A stretch of 64,000 nucleotides of DNA from Solirubrobacteraceae bacterium (GCA_036273655.1 DASUHF010000035.1:3232-67231), one strand, 5' to 3'. Shown: positions 35,200 through 44,360, counted from the first letter of the stretch. The notes: generated by a model from the letters alone, not told the origin. Numbers and translations are program-made.

Positions 35200-36161
35200 C
35201 GGTCGCGGGCGCTTCGCGCCGGGCCGGGATCGACGTCGCCGTGGAGGTCCGCGTCGAGGTGCGGCCGCCGTCGCCGTTTCGAATGCCGCGCCGGCTCGGG
35301 CTCGACCGGCTCGCGCGCCGGCGCGGCGACGTCGTGCGGCGCCTGATCCACCGTGGCGAGGAGCCGGTCGAGATCCGCGCCGTGCAGCTGTCGGCCGACC
35401 GCGTGCTGTTCGGCGCTCGCGCCCGCAGCCAGGAGCTCGCCGCGTGGGGAATCGCGCGGATGCGGCGCTGGCTCGGCGTCGATCTCGACCTGCGCGCGTT
35501 CCACGAGCGCTACCGCTTCGACCCGCTGATCGGCGCCTCGGTCCGCGCCAACCCGCAGCTGCGCCCGTCGGCGCGCCCGGATCCGTTCGAGGCGCTCTGG
35601 TTCGCCGTCTGCGAGCAGCTGATCGAGTACGAGCGGGCGGCCGTGATCCAGCGGCGCGTGATCGCGCGGCTCGGTCGCCGTGACCCCGCGTGCGGCCTGC
35701 GCGACGGTCCGACCGCGGCGGTGCTGGCCGCCCAGGCGCCGGCGCTGCTGGCCTCGTTCGACCTGACCGAGGGCCGTGCGCTGGCGCTGCGGCGGGCCGC
35801 CCACGAGGTCGCCTCAGGCCGCGTCGACCTCGACAGCGCCGACCCCGCCGTGCAGGAGCGCGGCTGGCGGCGGCTGCGGGCGATCCCGGGAATCGGCTCC
35901 TGGACCGTGCAGACGCTGGCGCTGCGCGGCCAGGGTCGGATCGACCAGCTGCCGGCCGGCGATCTCGCGTATGTGAAGCTCGTGGGACGGCTTTCTTACG
36001 ACGGTCCGCCCGGGTCGCCGGCGCCGCGTGCGACCGAGGAGGAGGTGGCGCGGCTGTTCGAGCCGTACGGGAAGTGGGCGGCGCTTGCCGCACTGCACGC
36101 GCTGGTCGGACACGGGGCGGGGCTGACCGGAGCGGGTGCGGCGGCGCAGCTGGCTGCGTGA
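35196..36161 (+). CDS. DNA-3-methyladenine glycosylase II-like (HhH-GPD, AlkA family)
   Basis: DPFEALWFAVCEQLIEYERAAVIQRRV, LRAIPGIGSWTVQTLALRG and QLPAGDLAYVKLVG. Confidence 0.8.
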   Translation: MTVAGASRRAGIDVAVEVRVEVRPPSPFRMPRRLGLDRLARRRGDVVRRLIHRGEEPVEIRAVQLSADRVLFGARARSQELAAWGIARMRRWLGVDLDLRAFHERYRFDPLIGASVRANPQLRPSARPDPFEALWFAVCEQLIEYERAAVIQRRVIARLGRRDPACGLRDGPTAAVLAAQAPALLASFDLTEGRALALRRAAHEVASGRVDLDSADPAVQERGWRRLRAIPGIGSWTVQTLALRGQGRIDQLPAGDLAYVKLVGRLSYDGPPGSPAPRATEEEVARLFEPYGKWAALAALHALVGHGAGLTGAGAAAQLAA

Positions 36162-36353
36162 GGGAGTGCCGTCGTTCGAAGGGCGGTCGCGCTGCTTGCG
36201 TCGTGACGGTGTCGTCGCCGAAAGAAACGGCAGCACCGAGGGGGAGGGCCGGCCGCCCGGCCACGGGAGCGCCCAAGATGGCGATAAATCCAGGTCCGGC
36301 AGCGGGTGTCGCGATGACGCGCGGCGGCGTCGCGATAGCCCGCCGCGGCCGGA

Positions 36354-37367
36354 TTAGGGGCCCTGCCCGGCCAGCAGCTGGTTGGTCGACGCGTATCGGC
36401 TCGCCGCCAGGTGCTTGATCAGGTGGTGCTCGTACATCCACTTGCCGTAGGCGTTCCACCGCGTCTGGAACTGCCAGCCCCACGGCTTGTCCTGGCTCGG
36501 GAAGAACGCGTGCAGCGACGCGTGCACGGAGGCAGAGGTCAGCTTCGGATCAAGCGACGGGTCGGCGGACTCGAGCGCCGAGATCCCCTGCGAGGGGTTG
36601 GCGCGGACCGCGTAGTAGCCGCGGCCGATCGCCTGCACGAGCCGCCGCAGCAGGCTCAGGTGCTCGGCGAAGTACTTCTCGGTCGTGACCAGCACGAGCT
36701 CGTCGTACGAGGGGACGCCCCCGCGCGCGACCGGGATCACGTTCGGCTTGCGGTGCTGCTGGCGCAGCTGGATCGCCTCCACGTTCCAGTAACCGCCGAG
36801 CGTCGCGTCGACGCGGCCGGTGAGCATCGCCGGTACGAGGTTGGAGCCGACGTTGACCTGCTTGACCGATCCGATCGGGACCCCGGCGTGCCCGAGCATC
36901 GTGTTCAGGTACGCGGTCTGGTAGGGGATGCCGGCGGTGCCGACGGTCTTGCCGCGCAGCTGCGAGACGCGCGTGATGTGCTTTGACCCGACCGAGATCA
37001 GCGACGTCAGCGGCTGCTGGACGAGCGCCGCGATCGACACGATGGTCTGCTTGTGGTCGCGGGCGAGCATGACCTCGGGCTCGTAGGAGACCGCGACATC
37101 GACCTTGCCGGCCTCCAGCAGCGACAGCGGCGCATTCGGGCTCGGCGGCGTCTCCACGTGCAGGTTGATCCCGGCTGTCTTCATGTCGCCGTTCGCCATC
37201 GCCTCGTAGATGCCGACGTGGTCGGCGTTCGGGAACCAGTCGAGCATCATCGTCACGTTGTCGGCCTGCGAGGAGACCGGCTCGATCTGATCGTGCTTCT
37301 CGCCGCAGGCGGCGAGCAGCACGGCGGCGAGCGCCGCCAGCAGCGCCAAGGCGATGGTCTTCCTCAT
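36354..37367 (-). CDS. thiY: NMT1/THI5-like ABC substrate-binding lipoprotein (ThiY-type, thiamine-pyrimidine uptake inferred)
   Basis: Lipobox LLAACGE. MLDWFPNADHVGIY is an NMT1-like block. It is the last gene of an operon headed by a TPP riboswitch. Confidence 0.75.
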   Translation of the reverse strand: MRKTIALALLAALAAVLLAACGEKHDQIEPVSSQADNVTMMLDWFPNADHVGIYEAMANGDMKTAGINLHVETPPSPNAPLSLLEAGKVDVAVSYEPEVMLARDHKQTIVSIAALVQQPLTSLISVGSKHITRVSQLRGKTVGTAGIPYQTAYLNTMLGHAGVPIGSVKQVNVGSNLVPAMLTGRVDATLGGYWNVEAIQLRQQHRKPNVIPVARGGVPSYDELVLVTTEKYFAEHLSLLRRLVQAIGRGYYAVRANPSQGISALESADPSLDPKLTSASVHASLHAFFPSQDKPWGWQFQTRWNAYGKWMYEHHLIKHLAASRYASTNQLLAGQGP

Positions 37368-38200
37368 CGGTCGTCATCCTTTATCCGGGTCGCCGTGGAG
37401 TACGCCCACGGAACGGTCAGTCGCTCGCCCAGGGTCAGCGCGCAGAACAGCAGGATCGCGAACAGCGACAGGATCACGACCGCGGCGAACGCGCGTGCCA
37501 TCAACAGCTGCGGAATGGCCTGGGTGAACACGAACCCGAGCCCCGAGTTCGAGCCCGCCTGCTCGGCGAACACGGCGCCGATCACGGCGACGATCACGGC
37601 GATCTTTGCGCCCGTGAACACACCCGGCAGCGCGCTCGGCAGCTCGATCGTCATGAACGTCCGCCGCCGCGACATGTCGAACGTGCGCACGAGCTTCAGC
37701 AGCTCCGGGTCGACCGAGGCAAAGCCGGCGAGCGTCGTGATCACGATCGAGAAGAACGACACGAGCGCGATCACGACCAGCTTCGGCAGGATCCCGAACC
37801 CGAGCCACAGCACGAGCACCGGCGCGATCATCGGGATCGGGATCGTCTGCGACGCGATCAGCAGCGGATAGGCCGCACGCCGCACGGACGCGAAGAAGTG
37901 CATCACGGTCGCCAGCGCGAGCGCCGCGGCCGCCGCCACCAGGATCCCGAGCAGCACCTCCTCGGCCGTCACCAGGAAGTTGGACCACAGCAGTGCGCGG
38001 TCGTCGTACATCGAGGACGCGATCGCGTGCGGCGCCGGCAGGATCAGCGGATCGGCGCCGCCGAGGTCGACATACAGCTCCCAGGCGCCGATCAGCGCGG
38101 CGAGCAGCACGACCGCGCGCCACTGGCCGAGCGCGGTGCGCCACGGCACGGCCACCGCGCGCCGTGGCACGCGCGCCGGCGTCCTGCCCACGGCGGTCAC
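37364..38200 (-). CDS. thiX: ABC permease (ThiX / SsuC-TauC family)
   Basis: 278 aa, 6 TM. EAA-like loop VRTFDMSRRRTFMTIELPSALPGVFTG. Confidence 0.8.
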   Translation of the reverse strand: MTAVGRTPARVPRRAVAVPWRTALGQWRAVVLLAALIGAWELYVDLGGADPLILPAPHAIASSMYDDRALLWSNFLVTAEEVLLGILVAAAAALALATVMHFFASVRRAAYPLLIASQTIPIPMIAPVLVLWLGFGILPKLVVIALVSFFSIVITTLAGFASVDPELLKLVRTFDMSRRRTFMTIELPSALPGVFTGAKIAVIVAVIGAVFAEQAGSNSGLGFVFTQAIPQLLMARAFAAVVILSLFAILLFCALTLGERLTVPWAYSTATRIKDDDR

Positions 38201-38991
38201 TCGCCGACCCCGAGTGCCGTCAGGACCCGTTCACGCAGCGCGACGACTGCCGTGTCGGCGCGGCGGCGCGGGCGCGCGAGCGCCACCTCGACGGATGCCA
38301 GGACCCGCCCGGGCCTGCCCGACAGCACGACCACGCGGTCGCCGAGCATCACCGCCTCCTCGACGTCATGGGTGACGAGCACGACGGTCCGCGGCTCGGT
38401 CGCGAGCACGTGCCCGAGCCAGCCCTGCATCTCGGCGCGCGTGATCGCGTCAAGCGACGCGAACGGCTCGTCGAGCGCGAGCACCGGCTTGCCCGCCAGC
38501 AGCGAGCGCAAAAACGACACCCGCTGGCGCATGCCGCCCGAGAGCTCGGCCGGGCGCGTCGCTGCGAACTCGTCCAGCCCGAAGCGCTCAAGCCACGGCC
38601 GCGCGCGCCTGCGCGCCTCGTCGCGGCCGATGCCGGCGGCGCGCAGCGCGAGCGCGGCGTTGTCGAGGGCCGACGCCCATGGCAGCAGCAGGTCGCGCTG
38701 GGGCATCAGCGCCGCGGGCGCACAGCGGACGGCGCCGTCGTCGGGTCGCTGCAGGCCGCAGATCAACTCCAGCAGCGTGCTCTTGCCGCAGCCCGAGGGG
38801 CCGACGACGGAGACGATCTCGCCCGCGGCCGCATGCAGCGAGACGTCGGCGAGCGCGTGCACCGGCGGGCGCCGGCTGGGTTTGAAGATCCGGCTGACCC
38901 GGTCGACCTGCACCGGGAACGTCACCTGCTCGGATTCGTTGGGCGGCCCGGAAGCCGCTTCGCGAGACGCCTGCAACGGGGTCTCGATCAT
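38197..38991 (-). CDS. thiZ: ABC ATPase (ThiZ / SsuB-TauB family)
   Basis: GPSGCGKSTLL, LSGGMRQRVSFLRSL and LALDEPFASLD. ATG at 38991 follows directly after the riboswitch. Confidence 0.85.
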   Translation of the reverse strand: MIETPLQASREAASGPPNESEQVTFPVQVDRVSRIFKPSRRPPVHALADVSLHAAAGEIVSVVGPSGCGKSTLLELICGLQRPDDGAVRCAPAALMPQRDLLLPWASALDNAALALRAAGIGRDEARRRARPWLERFGLDEFAATRPAELSGGMRQRVSFLRSLLAGKPVLALDEPFASLDAITRAEMQGWLGHVLATEPRTVVLVTHDVEEAVMLGDRVVVLSGRPGRVLASVEVALARPRRRADTAVVALRERVLTALGVGE

Positions 38992-38996
38992 CGCGT

Positions 38997-39106
38997 CGCT
39001 CCCTACGTAGGAATTACCCCACAGGTTCGAAGGGTCTGCGCCGGGCCGCCGCATCCGCCGCGGTTGGCGCCATCTCAGCCGGCATGCCCGCCAGCCCCCC
39101 TGGTGT
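38997..39106 (-). promoter_or_regulatory. TPP (THI-box) riboswitch
   Basis: Minus-strand RNA: caccaGGGGGGCugg..gGCUGAGAugg[long GC-rich P3]cagACCCuucGAACCUGugGGGUAAUuCCuaCGUAGGGAgcgacgcgAUG. All conserved TPP-aptamer blocks (CUGAGA, ACCC, GAACCUG, GGUAAU, CGUAGGGA) are present in order. GGGAG, the likely SD, lies inside the 3' P1 strand. Confidence 0.88.
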
Positions 39107-39132
39107 CAAGTTGCGCTGCAGATCCTACCGGG

Positions 39133-41079
39133 TCATCCCTGGCCCGCGAACGAGTCGATCAGCCCGACCGCGGGATCCGTGCTCGACACGGCCGCCGAGG
39201 AAGGATCGATCAGCTCGTAGCCCGAGACCGACGGACCGGCGCTCGACAGATCGCGCTGGAGCATCGGCACCGTCGGCGCGTGGGCGCCGGACCCGGAGCG
39301 GATCTCGGTCAGGATCTCGACCGAGCGATGGGCGTTGGTCGCCTGCGCCGACGCCTGGCGCACGAACGCCGCGAACCGGTTGGGCCGGTGCTGCAGCGAC
39401 TGCGCCTGGATCACGTACACATCGCTGTAGCGGGCCGCCCCCGCCGCGAACCGGCGCTTGAGGTACTTGCTCGTCCACTTGATCTTCCGCAGGTGCCGCG
39501 AGCCGGACTTGGCGACGTTCAGCGACGGCGAGCCGACGAGCAGCAGGCCGTGCGCATGGGCGACGAGACCGGCCTGCCGGAACGCCTCGGCCGGATCCTG
39601 GAGCTGGTTGCGCGGCGTCGCCGGCGTCCGCGGCTGGTACTGCACCGCGACCGTGCCCGCGGGCAGCTGGCCGCGGGTGACGCGCTGTGAGAGCAGCTTC
39701 TCGTTGGCGAACGTCGCGGTCGGCACCGCGTTGCCCAACCCGATCACCTGAGCGCCGGCGGCGCCGGTGCCGGTCACGAACGAGAACGGGGTGTCGAACA
39801 GCAGCGTCGACGCGCTCGGCGAGGCCGCCATCAGGCGACTGGCGCCGCCCGCGGAGACCATCCACGACGCCGGCCCCTGCAGCCCATTGACCGGCGCCAT
39901 CGCCTCGGCCTGCGCTTCGGCGGCGTAGTCGTCGAACAGGATCTGCCCAGGTCCGTCGCCCGCGACCGTGCTGCACTGGAAGTTGGACGTGTACGTCGTC
40001 GGCGTGTACGTGTAGCCGGTCACGATCGTTCCGGGCAGGTCGAACGCGAAGCCGACCAGGCCGATCCGCTTGCTCGCCAGGTAGGCGAGCAGCTCGATGC
40101 TCTGTTGCGGCGATCCGGGGGTGCAGGCCGGCGTGATCGCGGCGCCGTCCCACTCGGTGACGATCACCGGCGCCCGCGCCGAGAAGTTGCCGAACGCCTT
40201 GTTCCAGGAGTTGACCCCGAGCGGCAGGTTCGGGTAGTGGACGCCGTAGGCCAGCTGTGGGTTCGACGGGTTCGCGGGGTCGCTCACCGCCGGCACGCCG
40301 GCGAGGTTGGTCTCGCCGCCGAGCGACGGCAGCACGATCACGTTGTCGGCGCCGTCGGCACGGATCTGGTCGACCAGCTGCTGCATGCCGATCGCGGTGC
40401 AGGAGTCGCCGAGCCCGTTGCCGTAGACGAGCGTGCCGCCGTTCAGCCACTCCGACCACCCGGTCGCGGTCGCCGCCAGCCCCGGCTCGTTGTAGAGCTC
40501 GAACATCACGCCCGGATCGCCGTTGAACATCGCCGCCAGCTCGTTCCAGTCAGTCAGAGCGCCGCCGTCGGGCAGCGGGCAGCGGTGTCCGCTGTCGGCC
40601 TGGCCGGCGGGCGGCTCGGACTGCAGCGAGACCATCACGTACATCCCGAGCGAGCGCGCCATCTCGATGCCGTTCTCGACCTGTTGCACGTACGCTCGCG
40701 AGTACTCGGAGCTGGCCGGATCGAGCCCGTACTCCGAGATCTGGAAGCGGATGAGGTTGGCGTGGTCGGCGGCCGCGGCCTGCAGTTCCTGGAGGCCGAA
40801 GTGCTGCCCGGCGGGGATGTACTTGCCCCACAGGTCGTCGCGGGGCGCGACAAGGCCGACGATCTGCACGCCGCGAGCGACGAACGGCGAGCCGTCGGCA
40901 TACAGCTGGTTGCCCTGGACGCTCAACCCCGGCGTCGCGACGGCGTGTGGCGAGAGGCCGCGCGACGTCCGCGGCGCGTGCCCGCGCGCGACCGCCGTCG
41001 ACGCCAGCAAAGCAAGCAACACTGCGGCCGCGGTCGGGGCAACGACGCGCCGCGCTAGCCGGATTGCACCCACTGTCAC
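39133..41079 (-). CDS. secreted GH5 glycoside hydrolase (cellulase/mannanase-type) with a C-terminal region of about 300 aa of unknown function
   Basis: Signal peptide after the GTG at 41079. VMFELYNEP (acid/base Glu) and PVIVTEWD (nucleophile Glu) are GH5 motifs. Confidence 0.75.
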   Translation of the reverse strand: MTVGAIRLARRVVAPTAAAVLLALLASTAVARGHAPRTSRGLSPHAVATPGLSVQGNQLYADGSPFVARGVQIVGLVAPRDDLWGKYIPAGQHFGLQELQAAAADHANLIRFQISEYGLDPASSEYSRAYVQQVENGIEMARSLGMYVMVSLQSEPPAGQADSGHRCPLPDGGALTDWNELAAMFNGDPGVMFELYNEPGLAATATGWSEWLNGGTLVYGNGLGDSCTAIGMQQLVDQIRADGADNVIVLPSLGGETNLAGVPAVSDPANPSNPQLAYGVHYPNLPLGVNSWNKAFGNFSARAPVIVTEWDGAAITPACTPGSPQQSIELLAYLASKRIGLVGFAFDLPGTIVTGYTYTPTTYTSNFQCSTVAGDGPGQILFDDYAAEAQAEAMAPVNGLQGPASWMVSAGGASRLMAASPSASTLLFDTPFSFVTGTGAAGAQVIGLGNAVPTATFANEKLLSQRVTRGQLPAGTVAVQYQPRTPATPRNQLQDPAEAFRQAGLVAHAHGLLLVGSPSLNVAKSGSRHLRKIKWTSKYLKRRFAAGAARYSDVYVIQAQSLQHRPNRFAAFVRQASAQATNAHRSVEILTEIRSGSGAHAPTVPMLQRDLSSAGPSVSGYELIDPSSAAVSSTDPAVGLIDSFAGQG

Positions 41080-41196
41080 TGGACAACACCAGATTTGCAG
41101 CCAAGTTGCGCCGCGGGGGCAGCCGCGTCGCGTGCGGGCCGGCGAGCGCGCGACGTTCGCGGGCAGCTGCACCGGGGTCGTTGGCATCCTTCCCGG

Positions 41197-41739
41197 ATGG
41201 GACCCATCGACGGCGACGGCGTCCGACGCAACATTGAGCTGAAGGCGGTCGACCCGGCCCCGGCGCGTTCGGTGCATACGTGCCGAGCGATCGGCGCCGA
41301 GGATGCCGGCGTCATTCATCAACTGGACACGTACTTCGCCGTCCCGCATGGGAGGCTGAAGCTCCGCGTCGAGTCGCCGGGCCGACCGCACCTCCTCCAG
41401 TACGAGCGCGCCGATCGCCCGGAGGCACGCCAGAGTGCCTACCGGATCGTTGCGCTCGACGACGGCGATGGGCTGCGGGAGGCGTTGGCGGCAGCGCTCG
41501 GTGTGGTGGTGACCGTGGAGAAGCGCCGCCGTCTCTTCCTGTGGCGCCAGGTCCGCATCCATCTCGACGAGGTTGCTGGGCTGGGCAGCTTCATCGAGTT
41601 GGAGGCAGTCGCGCCCGCAGGGTCGGACCTCGCGGCCGAACACTCGCATGTCGCCGAGCTTCGTGGGGTTCTTGGCATCACCGACGCTCGGCTCTGCGCC
41701 AGCGGCTATGCCGCGCAACTCATTGCGGCGCAGCACTGA
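41197..41739 (+). CDS. CYTH-domain protein / class IV adenylate cyclase (CyaB-like)
   Basis: RNIELKAV (EXEXK), DTYFAVPHGRLKLR, VTVEKRRRLFLWRQVRIHLDEVAGLGSFIELEAV. Confidence 0.8.
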   Translation: MGPIDGDGVRRNIELKAVDPAPARSVHTCRAIGAEDAGVIHQLDTYFAVPHGRLKLRVESPGRPHLLQYERADRPEARQSAYRIVALDDGDGLREALAAALGVVVTVEKRRRLFLWRQVRIHLDEVAGLGSFIELEAVAPAGSDLAAEHSHVAELRGVLGITDARLCASGYAAQLIAAQH

Positions 41740-41813
41740 TGGGGCGGCACGCGCCCGGCCAGCGCGGGCGGGCACGGCGAGACCCGCGACCGCATTTGGT
41801 AGGCCCCGGAGCG

Positions 41814-41929
41814 GCCGAACATTTCAACGAAACTGGCGACGGCGCGGGCGCCGACGTTGCAATGTCCGGTCCAGCCGAACATTTTCCCGTCGACTCCAAA
41901 TACCGTCTGGAAAACGGAAAAATGTTCGG
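41814..41929. repeat. three copies of CCGAACATTT(T)(T)C: two direct copies exactly 60 nt apart, one inverted
   Basis: 41814-41825 gCCGAACATTTC, 41874-41886 gCCGAACATTTTC, and 41917-41929 GAAAAATGTTCGG (inverted). Copies 2 and 3 can form an 11-bp stem around a 31-nt loop. Confidence 0.85.
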
Positions 41930-42011
41930 GGGTTGGCCGCGAGCGCGTCTTCTCGCCCCAGCGTCCATACCGGCATCCGCCACCCGCGTCCCTCGGCGCG
42001 ACCGAGGATCG

Positions 42012-43454
42012 CTAGACGGTGACCGGCTGCGTCAGCGCCTTGACGAAATCCTCGAGCTGATCGGTCCGCCAACACTCGAACGCCTCGCAGTGCTCGGCGT
42101 AGGCGGCGATCACCGAATCGCCGTAGTTCCAGTACAGCCGCGGCTCGGGGTTGAGCCAGAACGTGCGGCCGGCGCGGGCGGTGATCTGCGCGAACACATC
42201 GTCGCGGGGCGGGCGGCCGTTGGTGCGGGCGTCGCCGAGGACGATCACGGTCGCCCGCGGGTGCAGCTCGTCCTCGATCGTCTCCAGGAACTCGGTCCAG
42301 ACGCGGCCGTAGTCGGTGTAGCCGGAGATGTCGGCGACGCCGGCATCGCGCGACACGGCCTCCGAGGCGGCCTTGAAGTCGCGCTCGCGCTCGAACACGT
42401 CGGTGACCTCGGAGATCCGCTCGATGAACACGAACGAGCGCAGCTTGCGGAACGAGTCGTGCAGCGCGTGCAGCACGCTCAAAAAGAACGTGGAGGCGCT
42501 GGTGACGCTCGTCGAGACGTCGCAGAGCACGAAGATCTCGGGCCGGCGCGGGCGCCGCGGCCGGTATTTGAGCTCGATCGGCACGCCGCCGGACTGCAGC
42601 GACGCGCGCATCGTGCGGCGCACGTCGACATGGGCATGGCGCTTGCGGCCGCGCAGCTCGTGGCCCTGCGTGGCCAGCCGGCGCTTGAGCTGGGCCACGA
42701 CCCGGTGCACCGCCGCGAGGTCCTGGATCGGCCCGCTCGGCAGCGCCCGGTCGAGCTCGGACAGCGGCCGCTTCGGCGGCAGGCTCTGGGTGCGCTCGAT
42801 CATGTCGCGCTCGAGCTCACGGCGCAGGTGCTGCTCGAAGCGCCGCAGCTGGTCACGAGGGAGGCCGTCGTGGCGGGGGTCGTCGTCGGGCAGCGTCGGT
42901 TGCGGCTCCGTGCGCAGGCCGAGCGCGCGGCGGATGCGCTGCACGTCGACGCCCAACACCCCCGAGCCCTCGCCGCGCCCGAACGCCGCGATCGCCAACC
43001 GCGCGAGGTCGCGCAGCGTCGCCTCGTCGCCGTCGCGCAGCGCCGCCGCGATCTGGCGGCGCAGCTCCTCGAGGTCGACCTCGAGCTCGCCCGCGGTGCC
43101 GGCGGGCGGACCTTCGGTGATCTGCTGGCGCGCCGCCTCGGCCTCGGCCGCCCGGAAGAAGAAGCGGTCGAACACCAGCTCGAACACCCGCCGGTCCTCG
43201 GGGGACTTCGCGAGCGTCGCGGCGAGCGCCTCCCTGAACGCGGGCTGGTTGCGCCAGCTGACGTGCGTCAGCGCGTCGAACGCGTCGAGCAGCTCCGACG
43301 TGCCGATCGCCACGTTTTCCGAGCGCAGCTCCTCCGCGAACGAGATCAGCTGGCCGTCGAACCCGCCGGGCGGGCGATCCGGGATCTTGGCGTACAGCCT
43401 GGCGGCCGGCGGCTGCCCGGCGCGGCCGTCTCGGTCAGGCGGCCGGGCGGGCAT
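42012..43454 (-). CDS. VWA-domain protein, CoxE-like
   Basis: 480 aa. N-terminal FAEELRSENVAIGTSELLDAFDAL. C-terminal VWA with MIDAS IFVLCDVSTSV. Confidence 0.8.
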   Translation of the reverse strand: MPARPPDRDGRAGQPPAARLYAKIPDRPPGGFDGQLISFAEELRSENVAIGTSELLDAFDALTHVSWRNQPAFREALAATLAKSPEDRRVFELVFDRFFFRAAEAEAARQQITEGPPAGTAGELEVDLEELRRQIAAALRDGDEATLRDLARLAIAAFGRGEGSGVLGVDVQRIRRALGLRTEPQPTLPDDDPRHDGLPRDQLRRFEQHLRRELERDMIERTQSLPPKRPLSELDRALPSGPIQDLAAVHRVVAQLKRRLATQGHELRGRKRHAHVDVRRTMRASLQSGGVPIELKYRPRRPRRPEIFVLCDVSTSVTSASTFFLSVLHALHDSFRKLRSFVFIERISEVTDVFERERDFKAASEAVSRDAGVADISGYTDYGRVWTEFLETIEDELHPRATVIVLGDARTNGRPPRDDVFAQITARAGRTFWLNPEPRLYWNYGDSVIAAYAEHCEAFECWRTDQLEDFVKALTQPVTV

Positions 43455-44340
43455 CCTGCGCCGCCTCCAGCTTGACGCCGACGCGGGCGGCGACCGTGTC
43501 CAGGTCGGTCCGGTGCTTGACGATCACGCTCATCGTCTGTCGGAACGTGTCCCCGTCGATCTCCTCTGCGCCAAGCAGCATCAGCGCCCGCGCCCAGTCG
43601 ATCGACTCGGCGATACTCGGCGGCTTCTTGAGGTCGAGCTCGCGGATCTGCCCGACGATCTCGACGAGCTTGCGCGCGACCGCGTCGTGCAGGCCGGGCG
43701 AGTGCAGGCGGACGATCTCGAGCTCGTGCTCATGGTCGGGGTAGTCCAGCCACAGGTACAGGCAGCGGCGCTTGAGCGCCTCGGTCAGCTCGCGCGTGTT
43801 GTTGGACGTCAGCAGCACGACCGGCTGCGTGCGGGCCTCGATCCGCCCGAGCTCGGGGATCGAAATCTGGAAGTCCGACAGCAGCTCGAGCAGCATCGCC
43901 TCGAACTCCTGGTCGGTCTTGTCGATCTCGTCGATCAACAACACGACCGGCTGCTCGGAGGCGATTGCGGTCATCAGCGGACGCGGCAGCAGGAACTCCT
44001 CGCCGAAGATGTCCTCCTGCACGTCGGACCAGCCGGTGTCGCCGGACTCCGCCTGGATCCGCAGCAGCTGCTTGCGGTAGTTCCACTCATACAGCGCCTT
44101 GGCCTCGTCCAGGCCCTCGTAGCACTGCAGCCGCACCAGCGTCCGGTCCAGGTAGCGCGACAGCGCCTTCGCCAGCTCGGTCTTGCCGACGCCGGCCGGT
44201 CCCTCGACGAGCACCGGCTTGTCGAGCTTGGTCGCCAAAAAGCTGACCAGCGCGGTCGACTCGCCGGCGAGATAGCCGACCTCGCGCAGGCCGGCGGTGA
44301 CGTCGTCGACGGAGGTGGGCTGGATCATCGTGTCGGTCAT
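43435..44340 (-). CDS. MoxR-like AAA+ ATPase (CoxD-like)
   Basis: VLVEGPAGVGKTELAKAL (Walker A), VVLLIDEIDK (Walker B), LKRRCLYLWLDYPD. Confidence 0.88.
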   Translation of the reverse strand: MTDTMIQPTSVDDVTAGLREVGYLAGESTALVSFLATKLDKPVLVEGPAGVGKTELAKALSRYLDRTLVRLQCYEGLDEAKALYEWNYRKQLLRIQAESGDTGWSDVQEDIFGEEFLLPRPLMTAIASEQPVVLLIDEIDKTDQEFEAMLLELLSDFQISIPELGRIEARTQPVVLLTSNNTRELTEALKRRCLYLWLDYPDHEHELEIVRLHSPGLHDAVARKLVEIVGQIRELDLKKPPSIAESIDWARALMLLGAEEIDGDTFRQTMSVIVKHRTDLDTVAARVGVKLEAAQDARPAA

Positions 44341-44360
44341 CGCGCTCGATCGTCTGGCGG

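Noticed and set aside
34753-36483. N-terminal 577 aa of the 998-aa minus-strand ORF 33487..36483
   Set aside because: The sequence is Pro/Arg/Ala-rich and antisense to the well-supported AlkA-like and small-protein genes. The alpha-oxoamine synthase homology starts at the ATG at 34752.
39022-39032. GGTTCGAA-like string resembling a tRNA T-arm
   Set aside because: No cloverleaf can be drawn around it. The string is the complement of the GAACCUG block of the TPP riboswitch on the minus strand. No tRNA was seen elsewhere in the window.
39104-39109. TTGACA (minus strand) as the -35 of the thiZXY promoter
   Set aside because: It overlaps the 5' strand of the riboswitch P1 region, and no -10-like hexamer follows at 16-19 nt. 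The real promoter is probably further upstream.
41080-41775. 5' extension of the GH5 ORF (track start 41775). The same applies to the GT2 ORF (track start 51688).
   Set aside because: The extensions overlap the CYTH gene and the GH18 gene respectively and are low-complexity. Signal-peptide or TM-containing starts at 41079 and 50911 fit much better.
42012-44340. MoxR-VWA pair as a vWA-MoxR type conflict or defence system
   Set aside because: The VWA protein is CoxE-like, and I could not recognise any effector, protease, nuclease or additional VMAP-type gene. The flanks are housekeeping-like and no mobile-element signatures are present.
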